Positions 11,879 through 25,990 of a stretch of 64,000 nt of DNA are shown piece by piece. This DNA is from Octopus sinensis (lineage: Eukaryota): the NCBI RefSeq assembly GCF_006345805.1, contig NC_043001.1:127968001-128032000 (forward strand), read 5' to 3'. The position numbers and the translations under genes were made by a program. Position 1 is the stretch's first letter, and each line of letters begins with the position of its first letter. Under the pieces are notes generated by a model. That model was given only the letters and a program-made list of their open reading frames with translations. It was not told the origin of the DNA and did no database searches.

Positions 11879-12799
11879 GATGAAATGCATACAGTATAGA
11901 TATTGCATTGCAGTTCTTATCTTTTGAGAATGTATCTAGACGTGCACAAAATACTTAAGTAGCAGTTAATAACTACTACAGCTATAATTGTGGGTTGGGG
12001 GTTTTCAGCTGGTTCTGAAGAATGTGTGTGTGTGTGTGTAGTATTTAAAAAAATCTACTTACAGTGCCTGAATATTTTCACGTAATCTTATTGGCATAAT
12101 AAATAGATGTACTTGAACAAACTGCTCAGTTATCTACACACACATGCACACTAATTTTGGTTGGATGGAGAGCTGGGGTTTTTTTTCTGGCCAAATGTAA
12201 ATATATTTTATTGTCTAATAGGATGTTAACCATAGTTTTTCCAGTCAAGATATTTTACTCTGTTAGTAGGAAGGTGTTATTTTTTAAAATTACTGAACTG
12301 TTATGTACTTAGATGAAGGCTGTGTAGCTAAGTTTGCTTCCCAATTGCTTTGTTACAGGTTCTGTTGCACTGTGTGGCTATTTGGGCGTTTATTATCTAT
12401 TGTAACCCCTGGCTGACCAAAGCTTTATTAGGGAATCTAGTAGACAGAAACTGAAAGAAGCTTGTCTTATATGTGTGTGCATGTGTTTGTGTCTATTTGT
12501 CTTGACATTATGCAATAGTTGTAATCAAATATCACTATCTTACATGTAGTGTGTCAGTCATTTCCAATCTTCTGTGAAAGTGTTTGGCAATAGAAAAATA
12601 TTACTTTTCTTGGGAACAAGTGAGAGTTGGTGACAGAAAGGACATCTTGCTGTAGTAAATTTGCCTTCATGAATTCTGTTTCCTCCATGCAAAGAAAGAA
12701 AAATGAACATTAAAACAATGCTGATAATGAAATAATTTAGTAACTGGCAATTGTGATCTTAAGTTGATTAGATTGGTCTAAGTATTTTAATGATCCTTT

Positions 12800-13560
12800 G
12801 TTCCTTGATCTGCTGCAGAAGCTAATAGTAGATGAATTGGCTGGTGTGAGCTGTCCAAGTCATGCACAGGAGTGCTGCTAGTGAGGTAACAGTAGTGTGC
12901 TCAGTGATGAATTTGGTGTGCAGATAGTTCATCAGGTCTACACCTCCTTCTGTTTGTCAGTCTTTTAAGCCATGAGAACTCGTTGCCTGTCAGAAATCCT
13001 TTCTGCTGATACTCATGTTCATACAGCTGAATCTAGTAGAATTAGAAAAATTTCAAATGTGCAAGTAAAACTTGGAATCAAAGGGCCTTAAAATTAACTT
13101 AGCAAAGTCTTAGTAAGCAAGAGAGCAGTACACTAATCCCTTTAGGAAAATGGCCTTGTTCAGTATGGAGAAATCCCATCTGGTGTACACAGTGCAAACT
13201 ATGAACACATTAGAGGTCCAGTGGATTCACAGGAAGATTAATAGAAAGTAGACTTTGTGGAAGCTAACATTCTCTACTAGACGTGCATTGTTAGTGTGCA
13301 TATATGACAAAGTGTAAATGTATTTAAAGAAAAATTGGGCATAAGAGGCATCAGCTATAGTGTGCTGGTATGGTTATGTGCTGTATATGGATGAGGATAG
13401 TTGTATAAAGTGTCAATCACTAAATATGGATAAAACTTGTGGAAGGAGGAGATCCATGAGAAAAGACATGAAAACTGACCTCAGGTTGTTGAGCCACTGC
13501 AACGTTGTCAAAGGACCAAGATGATTGGCAGTTAGTTGTGCTTGAGAAAACCCTTTCTTC
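12800..13560 (+). mobile_element. Degenerate RTE-clade LINE 3' fragment
   Basis: Decayed RT motifs (ADxxxxxAES, ESKGLKIN) and C-terminal CWYGYVLYMDEDSCIK, matching RTE RLRWxGHVxRMDED; many stops. Confidence 0.7.
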
Positions 13561-13661
13561 TTAACATATTGATAATGTCTATGTCCCTGCGCCCAATCTG
13601 TACCTGTGAAGCCTTCCACACAACTCATTTTTATAACCTTCATCCCTCCACCTTTTTAATG
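13353..13661 (+). repeat. Probable source copy of the 309-bp inverted duplication (LINE tail plus ~100 bp flank)
   Basis: Continuous with the RTE fragment upstream, whereas the 6035 copy is an isolated piece. Confidence 0.9.
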
Positions 13662-14678
13662 AGATATTATTTCTTCAACTGCTGCAATTTTATGAATGGA
13701 ACTGCACATACTTCATCCCTTTTGTGCTACCCTCTTCTTGGAACCACTTCTTTTGTCACTCATCCTGCGCTCCCCAACATTGTTGTATTCCATTGAACCC
13801 TCCCCACACATATTTTCCTGTCATTATATCCACCACTATGTCCTTCTGGCTTGCATCTCTGTTTCCCCTTCATTTTTAATCAATTCTCTATTTTGCATCT
13901 GTCTATGGTTTTATTATACTCTTACTTGCCACCCACTCCTATTTTCCTTTACCCTAAACTGACATTAACCATTAACCATACCTCTAACCATGTTCACCAT
14001 TGACTGCATTCACCTTTACCTTCATCTCTGTCTCTCTATTTTCACAATTCTCCGTTCCTATTTTTACTTTGGGCCCTCACACCTCACCTTGTTCATTCTT
14101 TCTCCTTTTTGCTAAGGTAGCTATATATCTTTTGCAAGACACCTGTTCCTGTCTGTCTATCATACTTTAGCCTCTCAACACAAAGCTACCCTCCTCAGTA
14201 CTGCACTATTATTCTGTCAAATGATCTTGTGAGTTGGTGATCTCATGTGTACCAGTGCCATAAAAATAAAGCACCCAGTACACTCCATAAAATGGTTGGC
14301 ACTGGGAAAGGCATCCAGCTATAGAAACCATGTCAAAGTACATAGTGGAGCTTGACACAGTCCTCTTGCTTGTTTGGTCCTATCAAACCATCCAATCTCT
14401 GCCAGCATGAAATACGAATGTTAAAGAAGGATGATATATACTGCGGCTGAGAACATGGGTTTTATGGTTGTCATATCTTTACCTATTTGTGTATAATGTA
14501 AACTGATTGCTTGATGCTTAGGTTTTTGGAGATCTTACCAAGAAATTAATGATTGAAAACAAAACAAACAAAAATTAGTTTAAAAAGAATTCATATCAAT
14601 AGCATTATTACAACTTAAATTTTTTAATCACATTATACAAGAGAATTATTAAAGCTTTATCTGAATTAATTAGATATA

Positions 14679-15060
14679 CTCTTTTACTTGTTTGTCATTT
14701 GACTGCCGCCATGCTGGAGCACCGCCTTTAGTCGAGTAAATCAACCCCGGGACTTATTCTTTGTAAGCCCAGTACTTATTCTATCGGTCTCTTTTTGCCG
14801 AACCGCTAAGTGACGGGGACGTAAACACACCAGCATCGGTTGTCAAGCAATGCTAGGGGGACAAACACAGACACACACACATACATATATATATACATAT
14901 ATACGACAGGCTTCTTTCAGTTTCCGTCTACCAAATCCACTCACAAGGCATTGGTCAGCCCGGTGCTATAGCAGAAGACACTTGCCCAAGATGCCACGCA
15001 GTGGGACTGAACCTGGAACCATGTGGTTGGTTAGCAAGCTACTTACCACACAGCCACTCC
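14679..15060 (-). mobile_element. tRNA-derived CORE-type SINE (family A), full length
   Basis: Reverse complement of ggagtggctgtgtggtaag..ggttcagtccc..cttgggcaagtg..gactgaaacaagtaaaagag; A/B-box-like head and CORE-like cttgggcaag. Confidence 0.9.
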
Positions 15061-15272
15061 TGCACCTATGTTGATAAAAATAAAATTAATTTTTTTAAAA
15101 TGCTAGAGTACTTAGTTGAATAATTGTTTGTTGTTTAGTTAGTGCTCAGGTATAAAATTTAAAACCTAGCAAAATTGTATAATCTCTTTTGCCATGTTTA
15201 GCATCCAAAGTTTGATAGGTTTTGAGTGTAATACTCTTTATTTTTAGGCTTATTTCTTTCTATTTGTATCAG

Positions 15273-15313
15273 AGAGCTATTTGAAGGCTCGTCTTTTCTT
15301 GTCCAAAGGAAAG
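15273..15313 (+). CDS. NOL9: Probable NOL9 microexon (ELFEGSSFLVQRK)
   Basis: Pyrimidine-rich acceptor tttctttctatttgtatcAG, donor AAG|GTAAGA; 41 nt, phase 2 to 1, open; with 37218-37251 restores the frame (75 nt). Confidence 0.5.
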
Positions 15314-17169
15314 GTAAGATTCCAATCAAGATAGTATTTATTTTAGCTGGACTGCCTGTACTTATTTCATTAAACCATGAGCAATGAAGGACTAAATTGA
15401 CTTTGGTGAGACACTAAGGGCTGAAATTTATTACTAATAGGTATTAATCACTTGACATTTATCTCTACTAATTCATTGTCTGCTTTTCTCTGTTAGTATA
15501 CATTTGATAAGTTCATCTCATTCTATATTAATATACTTCAGAGCATCACCTCTTCTGTACCTAGATATATAGTCTTGTGTATAAGGTGGTTTGCCAGCAA
15601 GATGGGGTTGCTGTTGTTCTGTCTATATCCTTGGTTAAAGGTCAGTCCAACATCCACTTCAGGTCAGAGCTAACTTTTTACTGCAGGTGCTATTACATTT
15701 AGGAATACACATTTTTTTTTAATTGGACACATTTCATTTTCATGAACTGTTGCTAAGATCAGACTAGTACATTTTTTCCCCCCATTTGACTCTTTTCGTG
15801 TGACAACATTTAATTCTCCAATATTTTTAGCATTTCCATGTTTTATTAGATTGTTTTTGGCAGTCAGTTTTTTTTTTTTTTATCAGTAGAACTTTCTCTT
15901 AATTTTTGAAGTAAATTTGTTTGCTGAAACTAATTTCTAAGTTTCATTCAAATTCAGCTCCATTGATTTTATTGACTTAGTTGATCCTCAGTGTTAGTAT
16001 TTCTGCCTCCATATTTTAACAATTTGTTTATCTTGTATTGACCTTTAGTCTCAAACTAGGTAAGATTACATTTTAGTGCTGATTTAGTTTATTAGGCCTC
16101 CTGTTTTTCCTCTGCAAAGCAGTAGAGCTTGTGTTGAATCCAAAGAAATAATTTTTCTAGAAGAATCCAATAGCTGTGTTTATGGTTCTCGACACCCTTA
16201 GTATTGATAACAATAAAAAAAAAAAATCAATTAATCCTGCAACAAAAAAATAGATCAAAAGGTAGAATTTTGAAAATTGAATGAATGCTTATTGTTTTGA
16301 TTCAATTGTTTTATATTAAGTAAAGACAGTATCCATCTATCGTCATTCGACACTGCTGCATTTTCATACTCAATACAAAATAAGATATCTATATTTTTAT
16401 CTATTATTTACTATTGTAGGAAGGAATTAATGTTAAGATATTATAATTCATAACACTTTCATCACCATTCTTAGTCTCACTGCTATTACATAAGACAACA
16501 TATTTGGTGTAGTTGTTATAAATTGGTTTAGTTGCTTTAAGTCTAGCTGTTTTAAGCTCAAACCCTGTCTGTCTCAACATTTATACCAGTAATATATCCC
16601 ACTCCCTTACAAAATTAGTCTTATCCCAACACAATAAAAAAATAAAATGCATTCATATCAGAGAGGCATATAAGCATCTCTTATCTGTAGCTATGAAGTC
16701 CCATATGGATGGTTAAATGACACATATCAGCTTCTCTGGGATTTTACAATGTAGTGAGTAGGGTGCATATAAGTGTCTTTGGTATTTTAGGGCTATCTTT
16801 AAGCAATGCATATATGTGCCACTGAGATTTCTTAACTATAAATAAGAGATGCTAATGTGCATCTGTGGTATAGATGGTGTTAGATGTCCATAGAGATGAT
16901 TAAAAGAATAGCTTTATTATAGCTGTTTTATCAAGATGTGGAAATTGTTGCTTCATATTTTCTTTAAGGAAAATTTTTCAACTCCCTGTCATCCTTCTGA
17001 AGAAGGAGAATTTATAAAATTAATTCCAGTAAAATGATGAGGATCAAATCTCTTGAATTATTTCTTAAAATGATAATCAAAAAGACTTGGTACTAAGCAG
17101 AAAATTATTTGTGGTTAATTTATACTAGAGTCACTTAGAAACAACTGTTTTTGGTTTAGCTATTTCAGG

Positions 17170-17345
17170 GAGAGGCTAAGTTGATTACATCAATCCCAGT
17201 GACCGACTTGTACTCATTTTATTAATTCCAAAAGGATGAAAAGCAAAGCTAACCTCAGTGGAATATAAACTCAGAACGTAACGATGGACGAAACCCTGCT
17301 AAGCATTTTGCCCAACATGCTAACGTTTCTGCTGGCTTGCTACCT
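17170..17345 (-). mobile_element. Older Deu/Nin-domain SINE (family B)
   Basis: Diverged reverse complement of 23282-23516. Confidence 0.65.
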
Positions 17346-20300
17346 TAACCATTGTTAAAATATTAGTGACTGTTTTGTATTTTCTATTACAATCTGAACA
17401 GGTTTGAACTGTTGATGTTTTATTTTAAATCAGAGAGTATGCAGTGTTATAATTCCCTTGATGTTTTTGCTGTCAGAAAATAAATTTCTTTTCCAAACAC
17501 AATGACTGAATTTAATTATGCTGGACTACTGGTTAATACAGTCAGTCATTAGCAATAGATCTTAACTATAGCTGTTATAACTTTGGACTTACCCATTAGA
17601 TCTATTTTTGTTTAATGATGAAATGCAATTACTATAGTAGGATTTGAACTTGTGGTTCTCTACATCTCTAGTTCAATTCTGTTTTGGCTTTAAATGTGAA
17701 AAAGTTTGACAAGGTTGTTTTGCTTAATTGTCGCAATAAGACTGTATGGATGTGCTCTTGTAGTTTTCTGTAACAGAATTCAGTTAACATATATTGATTG
17801 GTTGATTGATAGATATTTACAGTTTGTTTTCACTGAGTACTGATGAATGGGTAAATTCATAGCTTTTACAGAAATTTTTGCAAATATATATAGTTTTGGT
17901 AGAATGTTTTGTATTGTACAAATTGACACCAAAAATGCATTTAATGTGAGAAAAACATAGGTAAGTTTAGGTAATGTTTTAATCTGGATTGCTATTACTA
18001 TTATTTTTATTTTATTTAAAAAGATGTTTTGACAGCTTAACTGAAGCATAACACTAAAATTATCAATTGCATTTTTAACGTTTTAAAAAAAAATTTACTC
18101 TTTGACGTTTTATACTTGTAAATATGAATTACATGTTTTTTTTTTTATTAAATATATAGTTATGCATTGGTTATTTCTCATTGATTATGAGTGCTAAGCC
18201 AAAATTTGCTTAGATACCCTTTTTTCCTTAATTATTTCTGGTGGTGGTAGGGGGTGTATTTTTTTTCTTGTTCTAATATATATTCTTAAAATAATAGTTA
18301 ATATTTATCTGTCAGGTAAAAAAAATTTTTTTAATAATATAGTTTAAGTGAAGTTCTGTTTTGGGAATGTTTTTAAATCTAAGGGAAAATATTCAATCTC
18401 TAAAACTTCATAGCTAATTGCAGCACTTTTAATGGCTCAAGAATTTTTCATGTTAGTGTTAATGAGTTAATATTTGCAAATTTTGTATATTGTACAATTT
18501 GGAGTAATTTCAATAGCTTGTAACAGAATTTGAATTGCTGACATTCTAATCAAAAGTCCCCAGCACCTTAACCTCACACCTACTTTGTCTCTAGGCTCAA
18601 TATAACTATTATGATTGTAAATCATTCTGTAAACAAGAGATAGGTGGTAATATTCTACAGTCTGTTTGTATGTGTTCATAGTTTGTTTCTTTAATTGAAC
18701 TTTAATTTGTTGATATTTATATATTTAAATAGTAGTCTCTCAAGTGCAAAAAAGACAGTTCTGTAATTTTTTGTTGGACAATAGCTCACTTCCTCCATTA
18801 AATCAACATTGCCAGTATAGATGCTTGGTGTGCTACATGTCAAATGTCAGAGATTGCAGTGCATTGTGAGATGAATTGTTTAGCTAAAGAACACAATGTA
18901 CCACTTGGTCAAGGAATTGAACCTCTGATCTTTTGTAAGTGCAACACCCCAACCACTAGGCCACTTGTTGATGAAAGTTTTCTTTTTCTGTTTGTTAAAT
19001 TAAAAAAAAAATTTTCTTTAGGCTACAGCTGTTAGTTCCAGAAAAACGTGTTATTGTTTACTGTACATTTGAGCAAGGATGAAATTTTGATCTATACTAC
19101 TTTCTAATTTTTTAAACTATTTACGGAGTCATAAAAATTAATTTTAGTTTATATCTTTTTCATCTGGAGATGTTCAAAGACTGTGAAGTTAAGGTGCTGG
19201 AATATTAAGTCTACCTTTTATTTAAAAGTGTTTTTTTTTTTCTTTCCTATCCCTATTAACAAGATAGATTTTTCTCTGTTTTGATTCTGCTCCTTTAAGG
19301 TTTAGAAAACTATTATGGTTGCTTTTTCTTTGAATTCATACATGTACAGTTTGTTTTCTATGTGAAAATATAAGTGCTAGATACTTCAGTTTATGTCTCT
19401 ATGTGGCTGTGTACACACATATATACACTTATCGTAGGAATAAGAATCTCTCTCTTTATTATTTTTTTTTTTAGTGTTTGGTGACTGATCTTATATTGAA
19501 ATTGCTAGAAAAATAATTTCCACTTTCTCCAATGACCAAACCCCCAACCCTTCCCCTCACATATATTGAGCAACAATTTATAATTTTGAGGCCTGTAACA
19601 CTTGTAAATCTGCAAGTTAAACATTTACATTGAGAACATATAAGATTAAAACTTATCAAAGATTCTTACTCAAACAAATTCCTGTTTGATATATTGGATT
19701 TTTGCAAATATTTGTTTGTTGGGTTGAATATGGAATTTTATTGTTATTTTATTTATTCTACATTATAGTATTCTAACAGATAAATTTTTGAAGAACTTAA
19801 GTTAAATCTGTGTCATCAACATCTGCTGGAATTGGGGGGTGGGGGTGGATCCAAGATAAATTTCTGCTCTGACAAGGAAGGACAAATGTTCATTTGTTTT
19901 TATGGCACTCTTGTTGTTTAGTACCTGCTCACATTAAAAAAACAAAAAGTTTGATGTAGGGTTGGCATTTGGGATTGGAATATCAGTTCCAGTTCTCTGT
20001 TATTGATCTTAAGATTTCCACAATTAGAATTCATATTACTTGTATGATTTTTTTTCAAGTTCTTTATTTCTGTTTCTTGTTTGTTAATATTGTAGCAAGC
20101 AGCTCTCATTACAAATCCCAAGGTTTAAATAATTTTTTTGATAAGAATTATGTAATTGTAAGATTGTCATACACTCAAGATGCATCCCTATTCTAAAAAT
20201 GCTTAAGTTGAAGTCTTGCCACTGAAATAATTATTTTAATGAACTGCTTGTTCCAGGGTTGCATTGGTAAGTTGTCTAGAGTCTACAAACTAACTTGAAT

Positions 20301-23055
20301 AAATTCTAATTGTAACCACTTGAATTTTGTTAATAGTACTCTTTTTCAAATGTTTAAACATAACATTTACATGATTTTCCCCTTACATTTAAATTCAAGA
20401 CCTAATTAACAAATCCTGATAATTATTTGAAGTTGAGTACATTGTGAGCATGTTAGAATCCATAGTGTTCAACATATATTTTCATTCTTATTTATCTTTA
20501 GTTCTCATAAGTCATTTATCCAGAGTGAATCTGCCAACATGTCTTCATATACTCAGCTGGTTAATATGGTAACTGAGTATCTGAAATGGTTTTCAATTTA
20601 ATCTGTTCACCATTAGTAATGTTAAAGCAAGTTGGTTATTATAGTTGATAACTACTTTTACGCTATCACTGACTGGCATTGCTCATGATTTTGGTAGTCT
20701 GAAAAGCTACAAAATCTGAAGCTAACTTTACAATAAATTTTTAATTTGTATTTTTATAAAAATAATTGCTTTAACATCCTTAACAATCACAATAGTTGAA
20801 TAACTTGGATTAGTAACATGATCATCTGCACTGAAACTTTTCCTCATTAGTAAATCTAAGCTGCATCTAAATTACCAAATATCTTCAACATTTTCTTTTT
20901 ACTGTTACTGTGATAAATTCTGCTCTTTCAAATTTACCAACTTGTACACATATCGCATTCATTTCAATCAACCCTTACTAATACTTGAACCAAGTATCAC
21001 CAAATAGTCCTTAACAAAGGCTAAGAACTCTGCTTTATTGGAGAACTAAGCTCTTACCATCAGTCTTCAATTAATATTTCATTGTCTTTAATTGCTTAGT
21101 CTACATAGCTGTGGGAATAAGTACCAACATTTCTGAAAATGTTACGTTTTGTTTAATTAAGAAGGAGAATAATCCAAATTGCACAACTAAACTCTGGCTT
21201 AATGGGTACCTATAACTCTTGGAGATATTCATCTTTTATAATTGGAAGGCAGGGGTTGAGTTGGGGTAATAACATCACAGTCAGTTAAAAGTTGCAATTA
21301 TTACATTGGTAAGAATTGGAAAGATCAAAAGTAAAATCTTGTAAGTTTAAAAAAAGGATTATTCTTGATTTGTCTGTGGTATTGTATCCTTTACACATTA
21401 AACATCTAAAATATTTCTAGGAGGTTATAAATGATTTGTTACTTAGTGAGTTATTAAAAAAAAAATCTCATTCATAGAATATAAGATTATAAGTTACAGT
21501 ATTATTTAGTCTTTAATGTTTTCCTCTCTACTTTCTTTGCTCTTTACATAGTAATCTGCTTGTGTGAATTAGTAGGGCCAATGACAGTCAATAGTAACCA
21601 AGCATCTGCACATATGTGCAGGCCTGGACAAGATTTATTGAAGAGGATTAGTAGTTGCCCATGCATGCAAGTCTCCCCTTTTCTCACCACTGACGTTTTT
21701 CCTGGGGAAAGGTTACTGACCTAGGCTAGTACAGATAGGGACCAGTGTTGGTGCAAGCATTGCTGTTAGAACACATACTACAAGGCACTTTGCCAACTTT
21801 CTAACAGTTCTACCAACCTACCACCTTGGATTGCTACATTTTAATTGCCCCTAGAAGAAAGAAAGTCAAAGTTAACCATTACAGGATTTGAACTCTGATG
21901 CAGACAGTCACCACAAAATGTTCCTATTGCCTCTATTAGCATAATTTGCCACCCTGAGTTTTATATTCAAGTTTTTTTTTGCCCTACAGAAATTATGTCA
22001 TTGTGTCATATAAGAGCCCAATGTTAAAATGGGTTTCAAACATTAGACCAAAATTAACGAAACGATTAGATAAGCTTTATTAGATAAAATATTGTAATTT
22101 TGAAAAGTATTAGAAACACATAATTGGATATTTCTTTTACTAGAAACATGATCAATGGAAAGGGTTTTTTTTTTTGCAGGGATGGGGGTTGTAACATTGT
22201 TCCAAATCCATATATTTGTAGGAATTTGTTGAACCCAGCATCCCTCATGTTATGGAAACACTGTGATCCTGAAAATCAAGGCTTACTATGGAATTGCACA
22301 TTGTGAAACATATTTCCCATTGATTTCCATGTAATATGGAAGTTAGTGAAAGAATGATTTCACATTACAAAATTATGGCAAGATTTTCAGGAATGCAAGG
22401 ATTCCTTAATGCCAGAGATTTATGTACCTATTTTAAGGACCCTAAATGGATGAAAGGCTATAAGTACCTCAGTGGCACTTAAACTCAGACCACAGAATGG
22501 AGTTAAGTTTACTCTAATATTCTACATTTTCTAACATGCCAGATGGCAGTTTATTGATTACACAAAAGCCTCTCCATGGTTGCTCAGTTTGCTAGAAATA
22601 GCACGCAAATACCCACAAATTGTACTCTTACTGCCTTGTAAAAGGACAATCTTGTTTTAGATGGGATTATCACGGCAAGAATTCCTTCAATCAAAAGTCA
22701 GCTCAGTCAGAGCTGATATGAAATGAAACAACTCACTGCAAAAGAAGTTTGGCTATATATTGTGTTCTATGATTTTCGTAATGATTCCCAGCATAGGCAC
22801 AAAGCCACAAATTAATATTTTTTTTATCAATGACAGACAAGGTTGACCTGAATGGGATTTGAACCCAGAATGTGTAAGAATATAAAAGAGATGTAACTAA
22901 ATATGTCAAGGCTCTTTGAGACTCTCCCGATTCTTTCATCCATCATTCAATCTCAGTAATTTATCAAACTAACTGCATCCATTTTTTACATGAATCTTTT
23001 CGATTTTCATGGAATTTCCCTGGCATTATATCAAATTTGACTTTTGATTTGTTTT

Positions 23056-23255
23056 CATCATCATCATCATACGTCCGTTTTCCACGCTGGCATGGGCTAG
23101 GCAGTTTGACGAGGAGCTGTCTAAATTTCAGTTGTCTGTTGTGGTATATTTTCTACGGCTGGATGCCCTTCCTAACGCCAACCACTTTACAGAGTGTGCT
23201 GGGTGCTTTTTACGTACCACCAGCATGGTTGCATCTATGTAGCACTGGCACCTGC
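23056..23255 (-). mobile_element. V-domain SINE (family C), diverged
   Basis: (cat)n acgtccgttttcc..ggatgcccttcctaacgccaacc. Confidence 0.8.
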
Positions 23256-23281
23256 AAAGGACAAGCTTATATGTATGGATG

Positions 23282-23516
23282 GAAGGCGGCGAGCTGGCAG
23301 AAACGTTAGCACGCCGGGCGAAATGCCTAGCCGTATTTCGTCTGCCGTTACGTTCTGAGTTCAAATTCTGCCGAGGTTGACTTTGCCTTTCATCCTTTCG
23401 GGGTCGATAAATTTAAGTACCAGTTACGCACTGGGGTCGATGTAATTGACTTAATCCCTTTGTCTGTCCTTGTTTGTCCTCTCTGTGTTTAGCCCCTTGT
23501 GGGTAGTAAAGAAATA
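23282..23516 (+). mobile_element. Young Deu/Nin-domain SINE (family B) with 14-bp TSD
   Basis: Contains gcctttcatcctttcggggtcgataaa..agtacc; TSD tatatgtatggatg at 23268-23281 and 23517-23530; near-identical to 62517-62750. Confidence 0.9.
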
Positions 23517-23539
23517 TATATGTATGGATGATAACAGTT

Positions 23540-23990
23540 TTAATTAGCTTGGTGCATCTTAAGTACAGCAAATTGCCACAACTCCCGGTCCTTGTCATTT
23601 TCTCAGGTTCAGCATCCAGCTCCTTTCTGAGCACTTAGTCCCACATCTTCCTGGGTCTGCTCCTTCCACAGATTCCCTCTACAATTAGAGCTTTGCACTT
23701 CTATATGCAGCTGTCCTCATGCATAAGCTTCACATGACCAAACCAGCATGGTCTTCTCTCTTGCACACAACATATGATGCCTTTTACACTCTGTTGTGTG
23801 TGCACAGTGACATTACCCATCCTGTGGTGTATGTTAGCTTCATTTCTTTCAAGCCTTTGCAAGTCCTCTATAGCCAGAGCCCATGTTTCACTGCTATGTA
23901 GCATCGCTGTACATACACAGGCATCATACTGTCTGCCTTTTACTTTGAGGGAGAGGCCTGCTCCAGTCAAAGTTTTTAAGATTCAGCAAT
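23540..23990 (-). mobile_element. Degenerate RTE LINE 3' fragment
   Basis: ORF 23701-23970: AMLHSSETWAL..LQRLERNE..VQERRPCWFGHV, the RTE C-terminal motif. Confidence 0.8.
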
Positions 23991-25477
23991 GTCAGAATTG
24001 GGTTGGTAAGAATGCTATATTTAGTTACATCTCTTTTATATTCTTACACATTCTGGGTTCAAATCCCATTCAGGTTAACCCACCAACACTGACTTATCAT
24101 TTCTGGCTTCTGGTGTTAAAGAAAGAAATGTTTGTGATAGCCCAGAGCTAATTTGATTACATCCTATTTAAGTAAACCTAGCTAGTCTACTGAAATCTCA
24201 GATAAAGCTAATAACCATATGACATTTCCCCCCTTAGCATCTGTAGACTAGAGGACATTGGAATAGCTTATAAAGTGAATGTGAGGTTTTCTAGTTGGTG
24301 TTAAGTTTGTTTTTTTTTTGTGTGGGGAGGGAACAAGTTGGAGACTTGATATTACAAAAAAACTAAAATATTTTACCATTTTAATGATAATGGTGGTGGG
24401 TTGTAGTAAATTCTTCAAATTAGGTTATTTTTACTGATATGTTTTTTAAGATATTTGTTTTATCATTCTTGGTTTTGATAATATTCTTCACTAAACTTTA
24501 CATTTCATTAATTCATAAAAATAGATCATACAGTAAAAATTACTTTACACTACTGCACACAAAGGTTATGCTAAACTATCATAGCTCCTATGGTATTAAT
24601 AACTCCTTTCCTAATCATTTCTCCAGAACTATCATGCAGTACTTAACCAAGGAAGCTTGATGTTATTTACTACTTGTTAATAAGAAAACTAATTGATTAT
24701 ATATCCATACTTATTTTGTCAAACCTTTGTGTGTGCGTATTCACATGAAGTTATCTCTGCTTCTTCATTTGAGCAATGTTGTTTATATTCTCAGTGAACA
24801 TTACATTCTGAAGCTCTACAGTTTAGAAGTTTAGTGGGATAAAAGAAGAAAAAAATCCCTTACTTGAGAAACCTGCAAGGGTTGGCAACGGGAAGAGTGT
24901 TGAGCCATAAAATACCTCCTGAAATAAGTATCTCTCCAATCTGTGCCAGCATAGAAAAATGAGCAAAAAGGAATTTAGTTGATTTATTCCCAGTTCCTCT
25001 TTTCTCCTTCTTGGGTAGTAGCAATATTTCTCTATTTGGACTATACATGTATGATAGAAAATTTGGAAAAAAAATTCTGCTATATGATTTACTATGACCT
25101 CTATAAATAATTTCACCTTCCAATTCAAGCATTATAAAATTTCACTTTGTATTAAACAAAGAATCTAAATATATTAATCCTTCATCTCTTAGAGGAGACC
25201 ATTAAATAACTGGAGCTGCTTTATTTTAGTAGCTAAGCAAAACTTGCACATAATAATTATGTGAATGTTCTCTTTTACTCATTGGATTACCTTACAATGA
25301 AATCCCTTGGCTTTAGTGATGTATGGAAAAAATATTATGTTAAGCAAATACCTAAGAGCTGTATCTGGTCATTTTAAGGCTTAATAACTTGGGTTTTGAA
25401 AAGCTGCTTTGAGAAGGGCAGTGGGTGTTTAAAGTTTTACGAAGCTGCCATAAAAAATGTGTTATCACTCAGTTATA

Positions 25478-25805
25478 TCATCATCATTTAGCGTCTGTTT
25501 TCCATGCTAGCATGGGTTGGACGGTTTAACTGGGGTCTGTGAAGCCGGAAAGCTTCATTAGGCCCAGTCAGATTTGGCAGTGTTTCTACGGCTGGATGCC
25601 CTTCCTAACGCCAACCACTCCGCGAGTGTAGTGGGTGTTTTTTACGTGCCACCTGCACAGGCGCCAGACAGAGCTGGCACAACGGCCACGAACAGATGGT
25701 GCTTTTACGTGTCACCGGCACGGGGCCAGCCGAGGCTGGCAACGAACACGAACGGATGGTGCTTTTACGTGCCACCGACACGGGGCCAGACAGAGCTGGC
25801 AAACG
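25478..25805 (-). mobile_element. V-domain SINE (family C)
   Basis: (cat)n tail, ggatgcccttcctaacgccaacc core, three tandem subunits. Confidence 0.88.
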
Positions 25806-25990
25806 AAACACAAGAGGGCAGACCTGTTACTGAGTCAAGAATCTTTTCAAAGCCTGGAGTCCATGGCAAAATAAATTTAAGAGGATCTCTGGTAGTAAAA
25901 TGGGGTTAACAAATGAAATAGTCAATTATCTAAATAGTTCTTTTTTTTTTTTTTTGTTTGTTTACTATCATTAGATCAGTTTTCAATGTA

